From NCBI GenBank assembly GCA_020137815.1, contig CM035354.1:2976001-3040000 (forward strand): a stretch of DNA of 64,000 nt. Reading direction: 5' to 3'. The position numbers were made by a program, and so were the translations under genes. Shown in pieces: positions 55,815-64,000 of this stretch (within the stretch, counting starts at the first letter, position 1; each line of letters begins with the position of its first letter). The DNA comes from Hormiphora californensis. Lineage: Eukaryota; Animalia; Ctenophora. The notes under the pieces are model-generated. The model did not search any database. It saw nothing but the letters and a program-made list of their open reading frames with translations, and had not been told where the DNA came from.

Positions 55815-58800
55815 ATGAGATTTTCATCTGTCCGATGTTTTACCACCCTAGTGGACAAGACCGCCAGATTTCATCCGACACCGATTACGGTGGCCCAACT
55901 CACAGAATTCGGCAAAACGGGAGACATCTCCAAAAGTTATGAGTACCTCCACAAGGAGCTTCCCATCCGAATTTCACACATGGTAAAGGAGTTACAGATG
56001 TTACCAGATGCGTTGCTACAGCAGCATTCCGTGAAACAGGTCAAGGATATGTATCTGAAGACCTTTGAGGAACTTTCAGAGTTTTATCCTGAGGGAGGAA
56101 GTGATGAGAAAAACTTAAACAGGTCAGTGTGTTTTACATAGAGTTCTCCGCAAGTTTTATTTTTTAGTTTTTGGGTGTAGCGGTTCATTTTTTATGACAC
56201 TCAAGCAAGGGAGAGGGATAGAGAGAGAGGGCCTTGTTCAACCGTTTACTGAATCAGGAATAATGACTCCCTCCCCTCTCACTGAGAGCTATTTTAGGAG
56301 GGTAACTTTGTGTCACGACACACCGATATTCATTTCTTTGCAGGTTTACGCGAAAGTTAGCTGAGATCAAGAGAAGGCATCAAAATGTTGTGGAGACTAT
56401 GGCAGAGGTTAGTGAGCTATACCTAGCGTGAGAAACAGAGTCTATCTAGGCAAACCTTGCTCGACCCTGTTTAACCGAGGGTTAGAACATAACAAGTAAA
56501 AGTATAAAGTTAGTCCTATGACCTATACTTACCAGCTGGGAATGACGACTGAAAATAATGATGAACGAAATGACTGATTAACTTTCAGTTTTTCAATGTT
56601 CCCCATCTTCTTTTATTCGTCCCTTCAATCCTCCTTTTTCCTTGCTTACTATTCCAACCACTCTCCCGGAATTAATTCTCCGCGTGCACTAATTAGAATC
56701 TACTTCTTCGGAATATGCAGAGACCGACCCGGTAACTTCTAGTATGAATATTACAGTGTTAAATTACATGATATGCTACCACAATGCAAACCAGGAGTCT
56801 ACATATCTAGAGCTGTTAATTGACACACCACAAGATCAGACACAGAACTCCCTGGTTCAATACCTCACTCCAATACCTCACTTCAATATCTCCCTTCAAT
56901 ACCTCACTTCAATACCTCCCTTCAATACCTCACTTCAATACCTCACTTCAATACCTCACTCCAATACCTCCAATACCTCACTTCAATACCTCACTCCAAT
57001 ACCTCCAATACCTCACTTCAATACCTCACTTCAATACCTCACTCCAATACCTCCAATACCTCACTTCAATACCTCCCTTCTACATTTAGTACTTCTTCCA
57101 AAGAAAGCTCTTAGTAGTACTGAGTCAGTACCCCACCTATCGCCTGTGTCGTCCTGGTAATATCAGTTCTATGAGGTGGAATGGAAGTACGAGCTAGTAG
57201 TACCCACCTGTTCTCAATCCCTTCTAGCTCTAGGACCGAGGGAGCTATTCCAGTAAATTGTTTTATTCTAATATGAATCTAAAATGAACCTAATATGAAC
57301 CTAAACTGATATATTAATACTTTCCTGGCTACGAGACTATTCCCCGGTATATATCGGGGTCTGGTAAATCGGGATCCGACTGTACTATCCCCCCCCCCCC
57401 CCTCTATTCCAAACTTCTAGAAAGAACCTAATACTTTCAAATGAAGATCGAATTACGCTTTCCATTCATTCTGATGCCTAAATTCTAAAATACCAGAAAC
57501 TGAAATCCTAAATTATTAAATTCTTATCAGAAGGGGATCGAATTTGTTAAATGTTCTAACCCTCCTTTACGTTTGGAGTGCACGGAAAGAGTGTTGAACA
57601 TGGCAATATTGATCCACACGACTCCAAATTCTAATACACTTTTTTTCAGGGTATCTTGTCATTGAAGCGAGACACGGGAGATAGGTTTGATCCTTCAATA
57701 AACTACTTTCTGGATCGGTTCTACACCAGCAGAATAGCAATCCGAGTGATAATGTCAAACCACTGTAAGTGTCTAGATCTGGGAACCAGAACATTTCCTG
57801 TACCACAAATCATATATTATTGGAGTTGTATTTTCGAATTCGTTAGAATTTTGGGGCCATCATGCATGATGTAACATTGTTACCCGATATAACGGATATA
57901 TCTGTCCTTGAACTGTTAACTTTAGATACCTGTAGAGCAATATTGACCTGCATGATTTAATCCTTGCATCAATATTCTATATCATATCCCTCTTGTCCAA
58001 TTCTTTCTCCCTCTCCACTCTCTATCCCATTATAAAAACCGGTTAAGCATGTTGCTGCACTGTGGAGTGTGCAACTGACTAATATATTTTAATATCTCGC
58101 ACGCCACGTCATATAATATTCCTATCGATTGCAAAGAAGGACGGGGGGTGTTTGTTTTGGATATAGTGCCTATAATTAGAGGCCGGTGGGGCAACTAGGC
58201 CGTGACAGACCTGGGAATAAGGAAATACATCTAGCCACGGTGTGTGACCTTCCACAGAAGCCTACATTTTGGTAGTGTCTGACTCTGGTGTATTTGGGCT
58301 TGGTAGAGAAGCCTACATTTTGGTAGTGCAAGTGTATTTGGGTGTGTCACGTGTTGCAGACTGTGCGTGACATGTCTGTGTGTGTGTAACATGCCATACA
58401 ACAGCTGTGTTGTGCTGCATATTATGTAGTAGGCTACAGATCTGGCTTCGTACGCGGAAGAAAGGGAGTAAGAAAGAGCGAGAGAATGAGAGAAGTGTAG
58501 TCTAGAGAAAGAGCTAGAGAGCGAGAGAATGAGAGAATTGTACCTAGAACGAGAGAGACGAATATAGTAGCGTAGAAAATTCTAGAAGCTTCTAGTGCTA
58601 TGAGGGAAAATATAATTTCATCTCAAATTGGCTGCCTGGCGCACATCTTCTAGCAGTTCAGTTATGACATAATATGGCCACATTTATTTGGATGGGGGCC
58701 AGCTCCGACTCTAGAAACACGATAAAATCTTGTTGGGTGACAAACGAGTCTTCCGGTATATTCTTTATCTTCTACTCACACCCCTCCGGTTGTTTTTCTC

Positions 58801-61001
58801 TCTTCATTATATTCACACGTCACGGGTGACCTAAACACAACAAAGAGAAGCTAGGAAGATAAAATTCCAAATACCGTACGCCAAAACTCATACCTCTGCC
58901 CTCCCTTCACTGAGTATGAGGGCTCCATCTCTCAAACATTCGTCACTCCCTCTCACCACTTCTCTAACACTCCCTCTCACCCCTTCTCTAACACTAAACT
59001 CGTCAACTCTCACCCCTTCTCTAACACTAAACTCGTCAACTCTCACCCCTTCTCTAACACTCTAACTCTCTCCTTCTCAGTGGTACTGTTTGGCCCCGAG
59101 GAGCAGGCCCCAGGTCACTATGGGATCATAGACCCGAGTCTGGATGTCCATGATATCGTGGATGATGCTGCAAGCGGTGCCAGGTACCTCTGTACCCACC
59201 ATTACGGGAGTTGCCCTGACATTGAGATATCTACCATCAGTAAGTATACTCAGTACCTACTCACTGATCAGTTTGGGGCGCAGGGAGGGAGGGTCGAACA
59301 AGGCAAGCAGTACTGAGATAATATTTAGATTTTAGTTGTACCGTTTTACCGGTGATTTGGCGGTGATTTTACTGACCACAGCAGATAAGAATAAGTGATC
59401 ACATGTATTGGGTTTAAGGCATTGCTTACACATTCTCTCTCTCTCTCAGGTCGGAAGGGAAACAGGGAAGGGGGTGTGACTGTGGTTTATATAGCCTCAC
59501 ATCTTCATCACATGGTCTTCGAGCTTGTCAAGGTGGGTTAAATTACATTTTCAAATTGAGCACCCTAGGTATTAGGTATTAGGTATGTATTATTACTAGG
59601 CAATATAATTATTTGTACTTGCAGCAGTAAGCGGGTTTACTTATTGTAAACAGAGAGTGTGAAAGGAATATATCTTGTTCATGCGATGTGGTATTTAATT
59701 GAGCGGCCACACTGGTTATTCTTGGAGTAGCCTGCCTTCTTCCAAGCTTGCATCGCCTCCGACCTTGAAGTTTTGATGAACTTGTTTTGGCTGGTGCGCC
59801 CGCGCGGACGACATTTCTTTCTGGGGTAGAGGAGATCGCGCGCCGCCCCGACTCTCTGGAGTTAGAACCGGGAGGTTCATCAGAGAGTTCCTCTGTCAGG
59901 CCAATGAAATGAGAATAGGGTCAGGCCAATGCTCTGACAGGAGTTCCTTGGAAAAAACTGGAGAGTTCCTGAGAGACAGTGAGCGTTCTTACAAAATGAT
60001 CTCATACCACTACGTCATAACATAGCTCCTATGGTTACATACAGAGATGAGAAGAAAAAGTCCAAATGAGCCTAAAGCCGCGCTAAATGGAACTAGAAGT
60101 TCTACTTCCCGTCTACATATTATACATTTATGATGAGTCATCACAATCACATATTCTCATATCTGACGATCCTTTAATCTTTCCAGAACGCACTACGTGC
60201 TACAGTAGAGGCAGAGAGTAAGAACTCGGTGAAAGTATTGATTGTAGAAGGAGAAAAGGACATCAGTATAATGGTTCAAGATCGTGGTGTTGGGATACCC
60301 ATGCGACTCCATGATCATCTTTTCGATTATCATTACTCTACCGCTCCCGAGGTATTTCATTATTACTCTTTTAGTTTGTACCGGACCCTCCTTCTTTCTA
60401 TTCTTCCAGAATGTTCAGAAAGAACCGAAGGTTCTAAACTTTATTCGTAGACAACTTATTTTAATCGCCTCTGTCCCTCAGCCCGATATCCAGTCGCGGA
60501 TACCCCCCTTGGCCGGTTTTGGGTACGGCCTCCCCCTCTCAAGACTCTATGCTCGGTACCTGAATGGTAATATCCGGTTGATGAGCATGGAGGGATACGG
60601 AACCTCTGCTGTTATCTACCTTCAGGTAGACATTTTGTTGGATTTTTATTGTGCATTGGCACCAATTATTTTGCTTTACAGTCGGACCCCGATTTACCGG
60701 GATCCTCGGGGGAAAGGGTTTTGCCCGGTAAATCGGGGTGCCCGGTATATCGGGGTCAAATCCCATTAATTCCCAATATTGGGGGAAATTTATCCTCCCG
60801 GTAAATCGGGGTCCGACTGTATAACCCCCCCCCCCCACATGTTGCCCCAATTAACCCACCGTCCCTATACAGACGCTATCAGAAGAGGCGGGAGAGGTGT
60901 TACCCCTGTTCAACAAGACGAGTCAAGCTAAATACCAGATAGGACAGATGGTACAAGACTGGAACGTTGCTGGGCCGACATCAAGACCAATATGGTCATA
61001 G
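55815..61001 (+). CDS. PDK: Pyruvate dehydrogenase kinase, mitochondrial, 8 exons
   Basis: Exons 55815-56122, 56344-56407, 57650-57764, 59081-59239, 59450-59532, 60187-60351, 60482-60625, 60873-61001. [66 protein letters not shown]-terminal DW motif. Confidence 0.95.
56857..57080. repeat. 13-bp minisatellite CAATACCTCACT(T/C) in PDK intron 2
   Basis: Directly visible; source of the spurious repetitive ORFs 56744-57160 and 56820-57089. Confidence 0.92.
58945..59075. repeat. Pyrimidine-rich tandem repeat (CTCTCACCCCTTCTCTAACACT) before a PDK acceptor
   Basis: About four degenerate copies, each with a CTAAC branch-point-like motif. Confidence 0.8.
60679..60819. mobile_element. Tc1/mariner/pogo-type MITE in the last PDK intron
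   Basis: TA|CAGTCGGACCCCGATTTACCGGG ... CCCGGTAAATCGGGGTCCGACTG|TA. Confidence 0.9.
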
Positions 61002-62039
61002 CTTCAAGTTACAGTTGTCGTGTCGTTACCATGGCAACTGAGAGACAGTGTAGGGGAGTTTAGGGCTTCCGTGTCATGTTATACGGTGCACTGAAGTACA
61101 CCAGTTCCATAAAAAAAAGGACTTTTAATTTCAGAAGTTTGTGTCCGGTGGTTGTATCACCTGAAAAACGGTCAGACCAATGCTCTGACAGCTAAAAACA
61201 GTTTCTTGTCAAGGAACGATTCCCTGTTTTTGTTTGATAAAATAACACCCCATGATCTGATCATTCTGCCGCTTTCATTAATATGTGGCCGAATAATATT
61301 GTTACACGAAGTTTCATTCCCCCGTGAATGCCTGGTTTCACCCCATTTTACCAGAAAGGGTGGTCAGACATCGTGGAGCAGATCCCGGTTTATTGTGTTT
61401 TGCAACTCTGTGTACAATTGTGTAATAAATGACCAATATTCAGACTTTCCCGATCTGGAAAGAACATTTGACCCGAAATACACCGTGTTTTTGGTATTTT
61501 TGAAAACGGTGCAGCAACCCTTTCAATATGAAATCAGAATATCTTTCTGATATATTCTACCTCTATCAAACCGTAACCGCCGCTGCACCGCTTTGTGAAA
61601 TCGAAATAGGCGTGATTTTAAACAGTGAATTAGAAAAAACCATTTTTCAACAATCAAAATACTTTCACAGTACACTTCGACATTCTCTTTTTGCATGCAA
61701 TCTACAAGTCAGTTCTGAATAAGAGCATCAGCAATTCACTCAGCAGTGGATGATTCACCACGGCTAGTTTTAGTAATAATTGTACTAAGATATTCACTAA
61801 AATAAAGAAAGATGCATCCACTCTGAATCATCAAATTTTAGAAACAAGAATTGTGTCTTGTCTTGTTGTTATTGTGGTCACAGTACAACTACATGTGAAG
61901 TGCCAATAAAACGAAATAAAACGTATTTACATAGTCTTTAGAGGAAAACTTGTGTGAACTATATCACAGATGCGATAGTCCAATATATATTTCATGTATT
62001 GATATACCCTCATGCTCCATCTCTCACATCATGTGATTC

Positions 62040-63868
62040 TCACATTTGGTGTTTGTACTTCGTGTAGATGGCAAACAGGACACGGAGGGTAGATTTGAGG
62101 TCCCGGCTAACAATACTCTCAGCGGTACACTTGGGCCTCTCTATACCTGCCTCCATCATCAGATTTAGGGCCAGGGTCACATTGTGCAACTGGGGAGGGA
62201 GAGTAGGGCTAGATTTAGGGGGCAAATATCGTCTATCTAGACTAACCGCCTTGTAACAAATCAGCAGTTCTAAAACTCAATTAAGAATCAGCTAATCACC
62301 TTGTGATCATATGCCTCTGGTTCCAGGGTAAACGAGTAGAGGGGAACATAGTAACTTTCAGCGATGGACATCATGAAGACAAGGTTCACACCACTAGCGA
62401 AGTCTTCCTCTATGTTCGCACAGGTCCTGTCCATCTTAGAGAGCATGTTACTCGAGAATGTCAGGAGTTTCTGGGGAAGAAAGGATATGAATTCAACAGT
62501 TTCTGGGGAAGAAAGGATATGAATTCAACAGTTTCTGGGGAAAATATCAAATTTAATCAATATATTTTATAGGGAGAGATATTAGATAGGTGGAGAGAAG
62601 AGGGGTATAGTTTATTACGTTCTAATCCTCCTTTACATGTTTGTGACGCAGGGAAACAGGATCAAGCAAGCTCAAGGTAAAGAGCTCTAAACTCTAAAGC
62701 TAAAGATTTAAAACGAGAGCACACAGCAAAAAGTCTCACCTCCTTGACATTGTTGACACGGTCGGGAGCGGAGTCAAACAGGGTATCAAAGACGTCTCTC
62801 TCCTGTTGTCGGGCAGCAAAGTTGTATGTCCTGTGAAAAGGGGCTTATTGTTGAAATCGTGTCAAACATTGCCTAGCTCGACCCCCTTTTCGAAAGGGTT
62901 AGAACATAATAACAAGTTAAGTCAAACAAGCAGAATCACAATTGATAAGCTCTCTCCTCACTACTATACCCCTAATCACTTACTCTCTCTCTCTCTCTCT
63001 CTCCTCACCCCCTAATAACTTACTCTCTCTCCTCATCTCCAGTGATCTGCTCTACATTCGTTTCCTCCGAGGGCTCAGGGTTTGCAGCGGATGCTTTCTG
63101 ATAGAGATATTATGGGTTTAAAAAGGTTTTACGTCATATCGAGTTTTGTCACAAACACACAGAATTCATATTTAAACTTGGAGCCCCCCCCCCCTCCACT
63201 AATTGGAACGCACCCAGAGGTTTAACTAAGAGACGATGTATTTACTCACGTTAATCTGGATAACCTTGATGGTCACGAAACTGGGTAACCGTTTTGGGAT
63301 TCCATAATGCCTCGCCAGCGCTACCAACAAGTGCAGAACGGAGGGAAGGTATTTATTGTGGACGTTGTCCACACTCCATTTGATGCTCTCTGGGTTCATC
63401 TGAAATTCAGGGTTCATCTGGATTGCTCCGTTAGTTCTCAGAAAGTCATGCTTTAGTTGTACAAGGGGACATGCTTTGGTATCATACAAGGAAAGGGGAA
63501 ACATGCTTTAATTTAATAAAAGAGGGACAGTGAGATGATACAAGGAAAGGGGGGAATTGATTAAATGCAAATAAGATGGGAAAGTACATGAAGACAGGCA
63601 GATATTCAATTTCGATATACACGAACAATTTAGGACGAATAGCAACATACAGTTTACCTGTACTGTAACATGCTATTGTAGCATATCTACCATGAGACAT
63701 GTGATATATCTAACATGTGACATGTCTAACATATCTAACATATATAACACATGTGTTATACCTGAAGGTAGTAATTGGTCTGGTTGAGGACCTCTGTTAG
63801 TTTAGCTTTCTGAGTGGCTACACTCTGGGCTACCTCCTTGTGCTCTATCTTCGCTCCGGCAAGGGATT
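62040..63868 (-). CDS. Parvin (two CH domains), 3' part; 5' exons beyond the window
   Basis: Exons 63868-63762, 63399-63250, 63097-63024, 62830-62740, 62470-62300, 62189-62040; KWSVDNVH...LHLLVALARH, ERDVFDTLFDSAPD, YYVPLYSF, DLKSTLRVLFAIYTKYK. Confidence 0.92.
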
Positions 63869-64000
63869 CTGGAGGGGTAACACGTTTGTATAGGGGGTAC
63901 TATAAATTACCCAATAGTGTCATTTCGGGTTGAAATAAAATAACTTGACCAATGAATATACTGAATATTGCAGTTGGTTTACTATTGTTGAGTGTGGATA

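Noticed and set aside
56744-57160. Repetitive NTSLQYLT protein
   Set aside because: Translation of a 13-bp intronic minisatellite

Overview
Gene-dense, intron-containing animal DNA. A ctenophore is my best inference, based on short GT-AG introns, long (GA)n tracts, GPCR genes nested in introns and a YAG acceptor just before most start codons; this is not proven. Left to right on the minus strand: a head-to-tail run of WDR82 (last exon outside the window), intronless LYAR (three 1-nt insertions), mitochondrial ketoacyl-ACP synthase OXSM and a stand-alone OMP decarboxylase. Two antisense rhodopsin-class GPCR genes are nested in WDR82 and OXSM introns. Next come a plus-strand RFC5-CHAF1A pair only 167 bp apart, a membrane-anchored CREB3-family bZIP gene, two tandem paralogues of a secreted VWD-C8-TIL-VWC-Ig protein with an unassigned duplicated N-terminal domain, pyruvate dehydrogenase kinase, and the 3' part of parvin. 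Introns hold many MITEs and non-autonomous DNA transposons, a Helentron-type insert and LINE fragments. Strongest leads: candidate trans-spliced operons, ASF1-binding B-domain-like repeats on CAF-1 p150, an apparently split UMP synthase, and the novel W/Y-rich repeat domain. Some stretches look like poorly polished consensus, so frameshifts may be artefacts. Exon coordinates were read by eye and may be off by a base or two.
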